A stretch of 20,000 bases of DNA from an uncultured virus (IMG/VR IMGVR_UViG_3300007511_001983) (lineage: Duplodnaviria > Heunggongvirae > Uroviricota > Caudoviricetes), in the IMG/VR virus record IMGVR_UViG_3300007511_001983, positions 53,527-73,526 of that record. The stretch is one strand, 5' to 3'. How positions within the stretch are numbered: position 1 is the stretch's first letter; the number at the start of each line of letters is the position of its first letter. The notes under the pieces were generated by a model that had not been told where the DNA came from, made no database searches, and saw only the letters and a program-made list of their open reading frames with translations. Below, piece after piece: positions 1 through 8,300 of the stretch. The translations under genes were made by a program, and so were the position numbers.

Positions 1-60
1 AGTAACACCTCAGTTTCAATGCTTGATATTGTTATGAGTAAAGATGAGAATCAATAGAAG

Positions 61-288
61 ATGATTGATATTCATTACAACGACTTCAAAACCGGAGACA
101 TGGTTCAAATGCTAAGCACGGATGCATTTGGTATCGTTACTGTAGTTGATGTTGATGATGCTGGCACAAACTTTTATTACGTTATGTGGATGTCTGGTGA
201 AGATCTTGTTTCTCCGCCCTTCGAAGATATCGCGTGGGGTGAAGACTTGACTTTGATTTCGCGAGGAGACAAAAATGAAAAAAGGTGA
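61..288 (+). CDS. small KOW/SH3-like paralog
   Basis: FKTGDMVQM...FGIVTVV...YYVMW...DLTLI pattern shared with neighbours. Confidence 0.75.
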   Translation: MIDIHYNDFKTGDMVQMLSTDAFGIVTVVDVDDAGTNFYYVMWMSGEDLVSPPFEDIAWGEDLTLISRGDKNEKR

Positions 289-496
289 TCTAGTCTGGGC
301 GACAAGGGTGTGGTCTGGCAAGACTGGCACAGTTGGAATATGGAAAGAGGTTGAGCCTTTGCTGGCAGTAATCTGCGATGTTGATGTTTCACTTGAGTAT
401 GAAGAAGACGAATTAGGCTATAGGCTGTTGATTGACGGAAAGAAGAGCGATGCAATTTACTGCGAGTCAGATCTGGAGTTGGTAGAAAATGCTTAA
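275..496 (+). CDS. small KOW/SH3-like paralog
   Basis: MKKGDLVW...YRLLIDGK...ESDLELV; GAGGAG upstream. Confidence 0.8.
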   Translation: MKKGDLVWATRVWSGKTGTVGIWKEVEPLLAVICDVDVSLEYEEDELGYRLLIDGKKSDAIYCESDLELVENA

Positions 497-683
497 ACCC
501 GGCGATCTCGTTCAAATTAGAGACACCCCCTCGACTGGCCCATTCAAAGGTTTTGTTACTAAAGTTGAATCAGGGTTTTATAAGAGCCACGATGGGGTGT
601 TTTGTTCTCGTCTAACAATCCTTTGGAGTGATGGTTCAAAGACTAGCGATCCTGAACCCTATGTTTGTAAGATCGATGTTTAA
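489..683 (+). CDS. small KOW/SH3-like paralog
   Basis: MLKPGDLVQI...GPFKGFVTKV...TILWSDG. Confidence 0.8.
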   Translation: MLKPGDLVQIRDTPSTGPFKGFVTKVESGFYKSHDGVFCSRLTILWSDGSKTSDPEPYVCKIDV

Positions 684-879
684 GCCCGGAGACTTCATCA
701 AAGTCAATATATCAGATCAACAATTCCTTCCAAGCTGGCTTCAAGGAAAACTTGCGGTAGTTATAAAAAAGAGGGATGCACAAGGACCCAGTGAAAATAA
801 TTTATACCGTGTTCTAATAAAGGGCGAGCAATGGGTCGTTGCTGAAAAACACTCGTGGAGGATCGATGAAAGATTCTAA
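676..879 (+). CDS. small KOW/SH3-like paralog
   Basis: Start moved to ATG 676: MFKPGDFIKV...GKLAVVIK...YRVLIKGE. Confidence 0.8.
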   Translation: MFKPGDFIKVNISDQQFLPSWLQGKLAVVIKKRDAQGPSENNLYRVLIKGEQWVVAEKHSWRIDERF

Positions 880-1111
880 TAGCAGCCAGGCACTTGTCAA
901 AGGCGACATGGTCAAATACACGGGAAACTGGGACGGTTCAAAGTTCAAGCATGGTATCGTTATTGAAGGGCCATTCGTGATGGATTTTGCGTTCTCCGTT
1001 GCTGGAAAAGAAGCAGAACCTGAATTTGTCAATGTTAAGTGGTGGAAAACTGACGGAACAATCAGAACCCAGACAGATTCAATCTATAATCTGGTGAAGG
1101 TTAATGAATAA
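866..1111 (+). CDS. small KOW/SH3-like paralog
   Basis: GGAGGA then ATG 866; LVKGDMVKY...HGIVIE...VKWW...NLVKV. Confidence 0.8.
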   Translation: MKDSNSSQALVKGDMVKYTGNWDGSKFKHGIVIEGPFVMDFAFSVAGKEAEPEFVNVKWWKTDGTIRTQTDSIYNLVKVNE

Positions 1112-1113
1112 TG

Positions 1114-1140
1114 TGTAAACCGCAGAGGGTTACATATAAT
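1114..1140 (+). promoter_or_regulatory. class A promoter TGTAAA-N15-TATAAT
   Basis: Intergenic; the same bipartite motif recurs at 2249, 5406, 8257, 10795 and 11975. Confidence 0.65.
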
Positions 1141-1159
1141 ACCTATAAAGGATTCATAT

Positions 1160-1435
1160 ATGAAAAAAGGTGACTTAGTTTATTTCTCAGAAGTCAAAGC
1201 AAAGCCCGATGACTACATCAACTCTCCTCGATTCTGGTCTGACGAAGACGATCAAAGGATTCAGCCGGGCACAAAGGGCATGATCATATCCTCAGAGATC
1301 ATAGAGTGCCCACCAGGTGATTTCGACCCTCTAAATGAGTTTCCATACACAGTATTCACTGTCCTTCTAGAAGACGGTGTCATGACCCGTGGCTGGACAG
1401 CGGGGGCGTTGATCAAGCTCCCAGAGATCAAATGA
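1160..1435 (+). CDS. small KOW/SH3-like paralog
   Basis: MKKGDLVYF...GTKGMII...FTVLLEDG. Confidence 0.8.
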   Translation: MKKGDLVYFSEVKAKPDDYINSPRFWSDEDDQRIQPGTKGMIISSEIIECPPGDFDPLNEFPYTVFTVLLEDGVMTRGWTAGALIKLPEIK

Positions 1436-1638
1436 TCATACAAGGCGACCTAGTCAGAATTCAAACCGGATTACCTCCTTCACCGTATTACAATAGTGTT
1501 ATGTCAAAAAAGGCATTTGAAAACCCAATGTTTGTTACAGGTTTAATCTTTAGATACGACCAAAAATTATACGCAAAAGTTTTAAATGCAGACAAGAAAC
1601 TAATAGACGTCTATATCGAACATTTGGAGAAGATATAA
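1432..1638 (+). CDS. small KOW/SH3-like paralog
   Basis: ATGA overlap; MIIQGDLVRI...AKVLNAD...HLEKI. Confidence 0.75.
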   Translation: MIIQGDLVRIQTGLPPSPYYNSVMSKKAFENPMFVTGLIFRYDQKLYAKVLNADKKLIDVYIEHLEKI

Positions 1639-1805
1639 TGAAAAACACATTCAAACCGGGAGATCTTGTACAAATGATGTTTGGGCCAGAACATGAACCC
1701 GGGATTATAGTTGAAAAATCAAACACCAGCTTATTTCGTGTGCTTATTAGTGGTGAAATCTATCGATCGTCTGAATCAATGCTGACGCATGCCCAAGATG
1801 AATAG
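1638..1805 (+). CDS. small KOW/SH3-like paralog, 55 aa (not in ORF track)
   Basis: TAATG overlap; MKNTFKPGDLVQMMFGPEHEPGIIVEKSNTSLFRVLISGEIYRSSESMLTHAQDE. Confidence 0.8.
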   Translation: MKNTFKPGDLVQMMFGPEHEPGIIVEKSNTSLFRVLISGEIYRSSESMLTHAQDE

Positions 1806-2058
1806 GTTCACCCCCGGCGACCTAATCCAGGTATTCGACAATTCAGCCCTTGCAAACCGACAACCATATCCAGTTATCCATCCATATCACAAACAAAAGG
1901 GTATCGTAATCAAAACACTTGTAATCCAGGATCCCGAAAGGACATCATCATTCGACGCATTGATGAGCGCGATCTCGGGTGAATGGCTTGTAGAATGCTT
2001 GATTGATGGGGAAATTACCTCTATTGAACCAGAATATCTTAGGCTGGCAGATCAATGA
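1798..2058 (+). CDS. small KOW/SH3-like paralog
   Basis: MNRFTPGDLIQV...QKGIVIK...CLIDGE...EYLRL (start 1789 or 1798). Confidence 0.8.
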   Translation: MNRFTPGDLIQVFDNSALANRQPYPVIHPYHKQKGIVIKTLVIQDPERTSSFDALMSAISGEWLVECLIDGEITSIEPEYLRLADQ

Positions 2059-2270
2059 AACCAGGGGATCTTGTCTCATCAGCCATTAATCTGCTATATA
2101 GAGGAATAATCTTATCACGTGAAGAGGATGACTATAAACAAAATGATTCATACGATCAAACACACTCAGTTAAAAAGTTCGAAACGTTCCAGGTTTTCTG
2201 GTTTGCAGATCGAAAAATATTTAAACACTCACCGCAACAACTGATTCCTGTAAAAGATGTCGCCGAGTAG
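2055..2270 (+). CDS. small KOW/SH3-like paralog
   Basis: MKPGDLVS...RGIILS...FQVFWF...QLIPV. Confidence 0.8.
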   Translation: MKPGDLVSSAINLLYRGIILSREEDDYKQNDSYDQTHSVKKFETFQVFWFADRKIFKHSPQQLIPVKDVAE

Positions 2271-2277
2271 ATATAAT
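2249..2277 (+). promoter_or_regulatory. class A promoter TGTAAA-N17-TATAAT
   Basis: TGTAAA 2249-2254 and TATAAT 2272-2277, just upstream of ATG 2283. Confidence 0.55.
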
Positions 2278-2282
2278 AAAAA

Positions 2283-2534
2283 ATGGTGGGTTTCGTAACA
2301 ATGTTCAAAGACGAGGAAGACAAACTGCAACCTGGTGATATGGTCAAGGTAGGATTCTTTCCGCCTCACAAAAAAGTCACTGGGCTATACATCACGACCG
2401 GCGTAATCGTCGAGAGGTTCAAGACAAAGGGTGATCGACTCGGGAAAGACAGGTTTAAAGTTCTCGTTGAAGGAAAGCTATTCAAGACACCTCACATCAA
2501 ACTAATCGAGAAGATAGAAGATGAAGAGCTTTAA
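2283..2534 (+). CDS. small KOW/SH3-like paralog
   Basis: LQPGDMVKV...TGVIVE...FKVLVEGK. Confidence 0.8.
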   Translation: MVGFVTMFKDEEDKLQPGDMVKVGFFPPHKKVTGLYITTGVIVERFKTKGDRLGKDRFKVLVEGKLFKTPHIKLIEKIEDEEL

Positions 2535-2718
2535 AAAAGGTGATCTGGTTCGGTCAATCATGTCACACTACTTCTCAACTGTCACGATTGAGGCTGGAGA
2601 CATAGGGTTTGTTACAAAAATAAACGTAGAGCCAGGAATAACGACTGCGATCTGCCTAATCAACGGTGTCAATGATACTGAGTTCTATTTTGAAGAGTTG
2701 GAGTTGGCAAATGGTTAA
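2521..2718 (+). CDS. small KOW/SH3-like paralog
   Basis: FKKGDLVRS...GDIGFVTKI...CLING...FEELEL. Confidence 0.8.
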   Translation: MKSFKKGDLVRSIMSHYFSTVTIEAGDIGFVTKINVEPGITTAICLINGVNDTEFYFEELELANG

Positions 2719-2986
2719 AGGATCTTTCGTCAAAATAATGGATCAAAACGGATCTACTATCGATAGCAAAATCTATATCGAAGAAGTGATCCCATACGAG
2801 ATGCTAAAGAAAGAACCCGATAACGAACACATAAAAGATCGAGTTGTGTCTTGTCGTATGAAGATGACAACTTATGATACTGAGGGAAAGCACTTCAATC
2901 ACAGGCATCACGCAGTTCTTGCGGAAGGTCAAATAAAATACTATAATACGAGTTACTTCACATTGATGCCTGCGGAGGAATCATGA
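2711..2986 (+). CDS. divergent KOW/SH3-like paralog with long insertion
   Basis: Start moved to ATG 2711: MVKGSFVKI...HAVLAEGQIKYY. Confidence 0.65.
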   Translation: MVKGSFVKIMDQNGSTIDSKIYIEEVIPYEMLKKEPDNEHIKDRVVSCRMKMTTYDTEGKHFNHRHHAVLAEGQIKYYNTSYFTLMPAEES

Positions 2987-3192
2987 ACAGAGGTGATCTC
3001 GTAAGATGCTACGTTCACCCTGATAAGTTCATCCACAAAAGCAAGATCAAAGATATCGTTGGTGTCTTGATTAGTCATAAAAGGTTTAAGTCGAAGATCA
3101 CCAAAAACTGGGATAATGAGTTTCAAGTTTTGTCACAAGGTAAGATCCGACGAGTAACTACTGAGCTATATAAGATTGAGAAAATAGAATGA
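2983..3192 (+). CDS. small KOW/SH3-like paralog
   Basis: GGAGGA then ATGA overlap; MNRGDLVRC...VGVLIS...FQVLSQGK. Confidence 0.8.
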   Translation: MNRGDLVRCYVHPDKFIHKSKIKDIVGVLISHKRFKSKITKNWDNEFQVLSQGKIRRVTTELYKIEKIE

Positions 3193-3419
3193 ACAACTAC
3201 TTCCGTGGTGATATTATAAAGATAGTAGAGCTCTATCAGGACAGAGAGACGCTGTATTGGAATCCGATCAGAGATACAGTAGGCTTGTTGTTGGAGGAAA
3301 TCGACGATGATCTGATGCAGGTGTTGGTTGCTGGCAGAAAAGAGACACATGATATCGGGCGAGGGCCCTACACGAGATACAAAGTGGAAGTGATAAGCAA
3401 AGGAAACATCAATGAATAA
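3189..3419 (+). CDS. small KOW/SH3-like paralog
   Basis: YFRGDIIKI...VGLLLE...QVLVAGR. Confidence 0.8.
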   Translation: MNNYFRGDIIKIVELYQDRETLYWNPIRDTVGLLLEEIDDDLMQVLVAGRKETHDIGRGPYTRYKVEVISKGNINE

Positions 3420-3579
3420 CGAAGATAGAGAGACAGCATACTTGCACCAGGTCAGTGATATCCTGAATGAACTCCGAGATGTGCTAGCAGTAACACATGA
3501 GTATCACGGAGATCTGAGGTCCTTGCGCAAGCTGATGAATGAGTTTGATGATTGTAACTATGGTTCAAACCTTAGCTAG
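3412..3579 (+). CDS. hypothetical helical protein, 55 aa (not in ORF track)
   Basis: Fills the gap with AAGGA upstream; MNNEDRETAYLHQVSDILNELRDVL... Confidence 0.55.
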   Translation: MNNEDRETAYLHQVSDILNELRDVLAVTHEYHGDLRSLRKLMNEFDDCNYGSNLS

Positions 3580-3817
3580 CTGGTACGTGTATCTGGTGAA
3601 ATGTGGCGATGGTTCTCTTTACTGCGGTATCACGACAAACATTGAGCGACGATTAAAGGAACACAACTCCGGCTCAAAGGGTGCCAAATATACACGATCT
3701 CGCCGCCCAGTCAGCTTAGTTCACGTCGAGCCATCAGAAAACCGATCGACTGCATCACGCCGGGAGGCACAAATCAAAAAGTTGACACGCAAGCAGAAAG
3801 AAGAGCTGATTAAATGA
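3560..3817 (+). CDS. stand-alone GIY-YIG nuclease (UPF0213/YazA-like)
   Basis: WYVYLVKCGDGSLYCGITTNIERRLKEHN..GAKYTRSRRPV...A..RE.QIKKL.RKQK. Confidence 0.92.
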   Translation: MVQTLASWYVYLVKCGDGSLYCGITTNIERRLKEHNSGSKGAKYTRSRRPVSLVHVEPSENRSTASRREAQIKKLTRKQKEELIK

Positions 3818-4518
3818 CACGCAAATATAAGACTGAGCAGGTTTATTACAGTGATTGGAATGATAAACTCGCGCCAGGGCATGAAGATTACTGGAACAAG
3901 ATTAGCATCATCGCTGAGTGGATCGGATATGCGCTGGAAGCATCAATCTCAGGCTATAGTCCGATGTGGAATCATCTTGCAACCATCACAGTTCAGCAGA
4001 CCAAAGAAAAGTTCGGCCAGGCAAGAGTACACACTAACCTTGCTACCCACGAACATGTTGAGCAGCAGTGGAAAGAAGACCTCACCGATGCCAAGGAAAA
4101 GAACAATAGATATCATCGATGGGTGTCCGGCGATCTTGATGAGGAGAACCACAAGGAAATCACGCCGCACATTCTCAGCTCATTTAAATACAATACCTAC
4201 CCACTCGATGAACCTACACTTGAAGAGCATGAACAACAATGTCGTGAATATGATTCTGCGCATTATCGACACGTATATCAGCAGGCATTTACACTCTGGC
4301 CTGAATATGAATACGCAATCTGGTCCGGCGCTGATCACCCCAACTACTTGTTCAATGATATCGAGGAGCTCGAAGAATACTATGCTAAGCAAGTCGATGA
4401 TATAAATGAAAGTAGCTACCTAACTGACGATGACAAAGTTGTAGCAACTACCCGATACGAAGAAGAAAAGGCATATGCAATGACTGTCTGCAGGTTCGGA
4501 GATCAAAAGGATGTTTAA
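3814..4518 (+). CDS. phage hypothetical protein (QxKEKFG motif family)
   Basis: 234 aa ORF with ATGA overlap; TVQQTKEKFGQARVH resembles the recurring phage motif QIKEKFGxLRFY. Confidence 0.75.
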   Translation: MTRKYKTEQVYYSDWNDKLAPGHEDYWNKISIIAEWIGYALEASISGYSPMWNHLATITVQQTKEKFGQARVHTNLATHEHVEQQWKEDLTDAKEKNNRYHRWVSGDLDEENHKEITPHILSSFKYNTYPLDEPTLEEHEQQCREYDSAHYRHVYQQAFTLWPEYEYAIWSGADHPNYLFNDIEELEEYYAKQVDDINESSYLTDDDKVVATTRYEEEKAYAMTVCRFGDQKDV

Positions 4519-4672
4519 AGTCGGCGCCAAAGTTCACCACAAGTCAGCAACGCATCGAATCGGCAAAGTTATTCAGTCATGCGACTCGGGGCCCTGCAAA
4601 ATTCTGTGGGAAGGAAATACAAAAGCAGTATGGATTCATGAGCATGCACTGATTCTTTGTGAGACCAAATGA
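4511..4672 (+). CDS. small KOW/SH3-like paralog, 53 aa (not in ORF track)
   Basis: MFKVGAKVHHKSATHRIGKVIQ...CKILWEG...WIHEHALIL. Confidence 0.75.
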   Translation: MFKVGAKVHHKSATHRIGKVIQSCDSGPCKILWEGNTKAVWIHEHALILCETK

Positions 4673-5409
4673 GCATAGGCAAGACAGTTAATGATCTGTA
4701 TCAGCTCCTCGGGCTTGAGCATCCACGCATCTGGACCAAGTCAAAGATCAAGCACAATAAAATGGGAGGATATTCTGAGTGCAACTATATGCGACAAACC
4801 GGTCGATCTACGCTTAATTGTTTGACTGCGATTGCCCACTTGATGACGGGTGACGATGTCTTGATCCCTGTCCCAATCGCTCATAGTAAGCGAGTTCAAT
4901 CCACATTTATTGAAAACATCCTAGCAAAGCTGTCAATCCCAGTCAAAAAATCAAAACGATCGTCAGGCTATCTACAAATTGCGGATGGTGCACAAGTTCA
5001 TTTTGCCTCAATGTCAAGATTGCGCAGATCAGGGGTCACTCATCAGACAGGCCTAGGCGAAGAGCTGAGAGGAAGAACTGTCGATGTAATCCTTCCAGAC
5101 AATGCTCTCTTCGATATAATTAATACGACACCGGTGATTGAAGAACGACCCGACGAATTAGTGTTTCTTGACGAGTGTGAACGTGTATTAGATTACGAGA
5201 AAAGAACGATGATAGATACAAAAACATTCACAACAAATTATGGCGAGGTGTTCAGAAACGGTGACCTGATAGAACACGGCGATTCAGCAGCAATGATCAT
5301 AAATCTGTATGAAGGTCGATACAATATGACTGTCCTTATCGACGGCCAAAAGAGATCATGGGTTCGCCAAGATTTAAATTTGATGCTTAAATGCACTGAC
5401 GAGGATTGA
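4669..5409 (+). CDS. degenerate terminase-ATPase-like P-loop domain fused to C-terminal KOW/SH3-like domain
   Basis: MRQTGRST, LRGRTVDVILPD and LVFLDE; C-terminal FRNGDLIEH...AMII...TVLIDGQK. Confidence 0.6.
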   Translation: MSIGKTVNDLYQLLGLEHPRIWTKSKIKHNKMGGYSECNYMRQTGRSTLNCLTAIAHLMTGDDVLIPVPIAHSKRVQSTFIENILAKLSIPVKKSKRSSGYLQIADGAQVHFASMSRLRRSGVTHQTGLGEELRGRTVDVILPDNALFDIINTTPVIEERPDELVFLDECERVLDYEKRTMIDTKTFTTNYGEVFRNGDLIEHGDSAAMIINLYEGRYNMTVLIDGQKRSWVRQDLNLMLKCTDED

Positions 5410-5434
5410 ACACCGACCACCCGTAGGTTATAAT
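5406..5434 (+). promoter_or_regulatory. sigma70-like promoter TTGAAC-N17-TATAAT
   Basis: Near-consensus -35 and -10 with 17 nt spacer, followed by GGAGGT (5445-5450) and ATG 5455. Confidence 0.8.
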
Positions 5435-5454
5435 AATACATAATGGAGGTGTCT

Positions 5455-5937
5455 ATGGCTAACCTGAAGTGTAGCATTCTAACATCTGATCGTAAAGAGG
5501 AGTTCAAGGATGCATTCAAGCATGCTCGATCATTCTCAGACTACGACCTGACCCAGCATTCAGAGTCAGTATACTTTGCAAACACCAAATCACCTTACCT
5601 TTTTTGGTCTCATGCCGACTACCCGCTGGTCCTAGCGGGCGATGGGCGCAAGACAAACTTAAGCAAGATCGGCAAGTTCACCGGCGGCATGGACGAGGTG
5701 ATTGAAGCACTCGACGTCATGACCTTCTTGCTTACACGCGAGAACGCATACATTCTGCACCTCGACCCGCATACCAAAGATCTCTATCGGACAATGGTGC
5801 CCAAGATCCGCAAGGTCCAGGTCACCAAAGAGCTCAAGGGCCTCAAGACGATGTCTGAACTCGAAGATCTGCGAGAGGTCAAACGAAAAGAATACGAGGC
5901 CAAGAAAGCTGACGCAGAGGCAGAAGTAGAGGCATGA
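5455..5937 (+). CDS. hypothetical protein, probably highly expressed early gene
   Basis: Strong promoter and GGAGGT RBS place the start at ATG 5455 (MANLKCS...). Confidence 0.8.
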   Translation: MANLKCSILTSDRKEEFKDAFKHARSFSDYDLTQHSESVYFANTKSPYLFWSHADYPLVLAGDGRKTNLSKIGKFTGGMDEVIEALDVMTFLLTRENAYILHLDPHTKDLYRTMVPKIRKVQVTKELKGLKTMSELEDLREVKRKEYEAKKADAEAEVEA

Positions 5938-6053
5938 CCCCGCAAGAACTAGTTGGTATCATTACACTAACAATCATCGCCGGCATTGCATTGCAGATTC
6001 ACATACTCAGAATGCTGTCTCGCAAGAACAAAGACGACGATGAATCTAAATAA
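5934..6053 (+). CDS. small single-pass membrane protein, 39 aa (not in ORF track)
   Basis: ATGA overlap; MTPQELVGIITLTIIAGIALQIHILRMLSRKNKDDDESK. Confidence 0.65.
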   Translation: MTPQELVGIITLTIIAGIALQIHILRMLSRKNKDDDESK

Positions 6054-6285
6054 GAAGCAGCAGATTCTACTCGACAACACGTTTGCAGATGCAAAAGAGT
6101 TCTTAGCAAATCGTGCCCCTCATCTGACAAAAGAGGATATCTCAAACGAGCTTAGGTGGTTCGGGCAATATGATATAATTGAAAAGAAAGCCGGATACCC
6201 TGAGTCACTCAAGCTTATGTGGTATTGGCGCGAGATGGCAGATGAATTGCTAGAAGGAATAGAAGAAGATGAACAAAACCAATAA
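6040..6285 (+). CDS. hypothetical protein
   Basis: Start moved to ATG 6040 (MNLNKKQQ...); overlaps both neighbours. Confidence 0.7.
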   Translation: MNLNKKQQILLDNTFADAKEFLANRAPHLTKEDISNELRWFGQYDIIEKKAGYPESLKLMWYWREMADELLEGIEEDEQNQ

Positions 6286-6739
6286 GCAAAAGTTTAAAGA
6301 CCTAGCTGATCTCGCTATAGAGATAGCAAAAGAAAACACTGTCCCATGGTTGAAGAGCCGAGTCACTGAACTTGAAGATGAGCTTTTGTGCATAGAGGGT
6401 AGTTTAATTGCTGAAGAGGGTGAAACGAGAGCTTTAAAAGGCGAGCTTGAGGAAGTTAATCATCTTTGGGCGATCTGCAGTGACCGCCTCGACTGGCTCG
6501 AAGAAAAGATGGAAGTATATGAAAAGCATTCCGGCACCGTGCTAAGGATGCACTCAGATTACTACCGCGAGTTCTTTGACATCAAAGAAGATTATGCTTA
6601 TAAAAGTTCAGGCAAATCCAGGCCAGCAAATACGGCAAGGGTAACGAAAGAATTCCAAATGATCCTGGACGACGGAATGGTTCGTGCAGCCAAAAAATGG
6701 GCAGGCAAAGATAGGGAAGGGGGTGATGAAGATGAGTGA
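6269..6739 (+). CDS. coiled-coil hypothetical protein
   Basis: Heptad-like LKSRVTELEDEL...LKGELEEV segment. Confidence 0.75.
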   Translation: MNKTNKQKFKDLADLAIEIAKENTVPWLKSRVTELEDELLCIEGSLIAEEGETRALKGELEEVNHLWAICSDRLDWLEEKMEVYEKHSGTVLRMHSDYYREFFDIKEDYAYKSSGKSRPANTARVTKEFQMILDDGMVRAAKKWAGKDREGGDEDE

Positions 6740-6965
6740 GATTCAAAAAGGAGATCTGGTGAGATTAACACCCATTAATAATAACGATGTTCTATCCGTA
6801 TTCACCGTGAACAGCTCTCCTATGATCGGAACTGTGATAGAACTTAACACAGAAACGGATGGAGGATTCTCGCTATCTGGACATGGGCACGCAACATATC
6901 TGGCTGGTGGCGAGTTGAAAATCCTAGATAAGGGAATGTGGCGCGCGAAGAAAATAAAAGAATGA
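6732..6965 (+). CDS. small KOW/SH3-like paralog
   Basis: MSEIQKGDLVRL...IGTVIEL...YLAGGELK (start 6726 or 6732). Confidence 0.75.
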   Translation: MSEIQKGDLVRLTPINNNDVLSVFTVNSSPMIGTVIELNTETDGGFSLSGHGHATYLAGGELKILDKGMWRAKKIKE

Positions 6966-7366
6966 GCGAGAGTAAAGAGATCAGCGATGTGCGATGGTTA
7001 GAACACGGCAAAGAAGGGTATCTGATGCAATTCTGCACAATAGATGATAAGGTACACCAGCGAGATCCTACAGAATATTCAGTAATGATTATGAACGCAA
7101 TGAGTACCCCCATGGATCTAGCGGTATTAAAAGAGGGAGGTGAGAATGGAGAACCACCCAGATTACCATCCCTAAATGATATCCCTTGGAGTGAACTTCA
7201 CGATGGGTTCAAGGAGGCACTTCGTGAGTATAGGGTGTTCGGAGATGATACAAGGGTGATTCGTAGAATGTGGTTTCGTGAAGATAATGGTGATATAGTT
7301 CCAGTTATCGTTAAGAGTGAGAATAGTGTGGAAGTTGGTTTATTCGCCGAGGGCGTTGAGAAATGA
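6962..7366 (+). CDS. hypothetical protein
   Basis: ATG 6962 overlaps the upstream TGA; open to 7366. Confidence 0.7.
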   Translation: MSESKEISDVRWLEHGKEGYLMQFCTIDDKVHQRDPTEYSVMIMNAMSTPMDLAVLKEGGENGEPPRLPSLNDIPWSELHDGFKEALREYRVFGDDTRVIRRMWFREDNGDIVPVIVKSENSVEVGLFAEGVEK

Positions 7367-8067
7367 GTGCCTCTGACGAAATCCTACACAATTACACCCT
7401 AAACATGGCCAAAGATCACGGCCCGTCATCATACAAAGATGACAAAATGCCCGGAACATATATGGCCGAAACCGACGAAGATCAGATCGTGGAAGATATG
7501 CTCAACGCTGTCGTTAAGAAGGTTCGTAATCAGACACTAGAAGACCACAAAGAGTTCGGAGACATGTGGAACAATCCAGTTAAAAATACTGACCCCAAAG
7601 AGATCTTCACCCCAAAGTTCGTCTCAATCCATAATGAAGATGCTAAGTTCTATCCCGTCAGCAAAGGTGACCTAGTTGAGATCCCGAATCCCGAAGATCC
7701 AAATGAAAGCTACAAAGGTGTTCTAATCGATATCTTGAAGCCAAATCCTGCCTGGATCCTCGATCAAAACGATCAAATGTCAGCGCCCTCAAGCTTGCCA
7801 GAAGATATTAAAAAAGCTATGAACGAATCATCTGGGCGTAGCGATAAACACGATATCTACTGGGAATTAAACGACGATCAACGAACTGATAAGATGACTC
7901 ACGAATCTTTGTATGAAGTTCTGGCAAACTCAAAAGTATATAGATTCAGATCAAACAAGATCCGAAAGGTTGGTGCAACTAAGCTTGTTAACGAAGAAGC
8001 CAAGATTGAACAACCCTCAGAGATGAGCTTTCACGGGATGATGGACGCAATGGGAATTACAGGATGA
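7363..8067 (+). CDS. acidic protein with internal KOW/SH3-like domain split by a long insertion
   Basis: VSKGDLVEI...YKGVLIDIL-(about 55 aa)-LYEVLANSKVYRFRSNKIRKV. Confidence 0.7.
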   Translation: MSASDEILHNYTLNMAKDHGPSSYKDDKMPGTYMAETDEDQIVEDMLNAVVKKVRNQTLEDHKEFGDMWNNPVKNTDPKEIFTPKFVSIHNEDAKFYPVSKGDLVEIPNPEDPNESYKGVLIDILKPNPAWILDQNDQMSAPSSLPEDIKKAMNESSGRSDKHDIYWELNDDQRTDKMTHESLYEVLANSKVYRFRSNKIRKVGATKLVNEEAKIEQPSEMSFHGMMDAMGITG

Positions 8068-8267
8068 TCAACTACAGCTTCAAACCGGGTGATCTCGTAT
8101 TCTATTATGCTGTAGCAACTCTCGACCCGAGAAATAACAAGCCAACATTCCTAATAAGCGAATGGGAAAACGGGTTCGTTGGCTTGATCGACGGGAAGAG
8201 GCACTACATAAATAAAAATTGCCTATGGCGAAGTCAATACATCAATAACAAGATTGTGTATAATTGA
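8064..8267 (+). CDS. small KOW/SH3-like paralog
   Basis: FKPGDLVFY...GLIDGKRHYI. Confidence 0.75.
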   Translation: MINYSFKPGDLVFYYAVATLDPRNNKPTFLISEWENGFVGLIDGKRHYINKNCLWRSQYINNKIVYN

Positions 8268-8283
8268 AACTGTGATATATAAT
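8257..8283 (+). promoter_or_regulatory. class A promoter TGTATA-N15-TATAAT
   Basis: Variant of the recurrent motif upstream of GAGGA and ATG 8301. Confidence 0.5.
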
Positions 8284-8300
8284 ATCTACAGAGGATACAG

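Noticed and set aside
1..57. 3' end of an upstream CDS (frame 1, stop TAG 55-57)
   Set aside because: Plausible, but only 18 codons are visible, too few to support a call.
61..3419. Short ORFs as fragments of longer genes caused by stop-codon reassignment or pseudogenisation
   Set aside because: Consecutive ORFs mostly change frame, each restarts with its own GD[LM]V motif, TAA, TAG and TGA all act as stops, and long genes are intact in the standard code.
3560..3817. GIY-YIG gene as a homing endonuclease or intron
   Set aside because: It is the short UPF0213 type with no DNA-binding extension and no interrupted host gene around it.
4669..5409. The genuine large terminase subunit
   Set aside because: It is too short, the Walker A lysine is replaced, there is no nuclease domain and it is not in a morphogenesis context.
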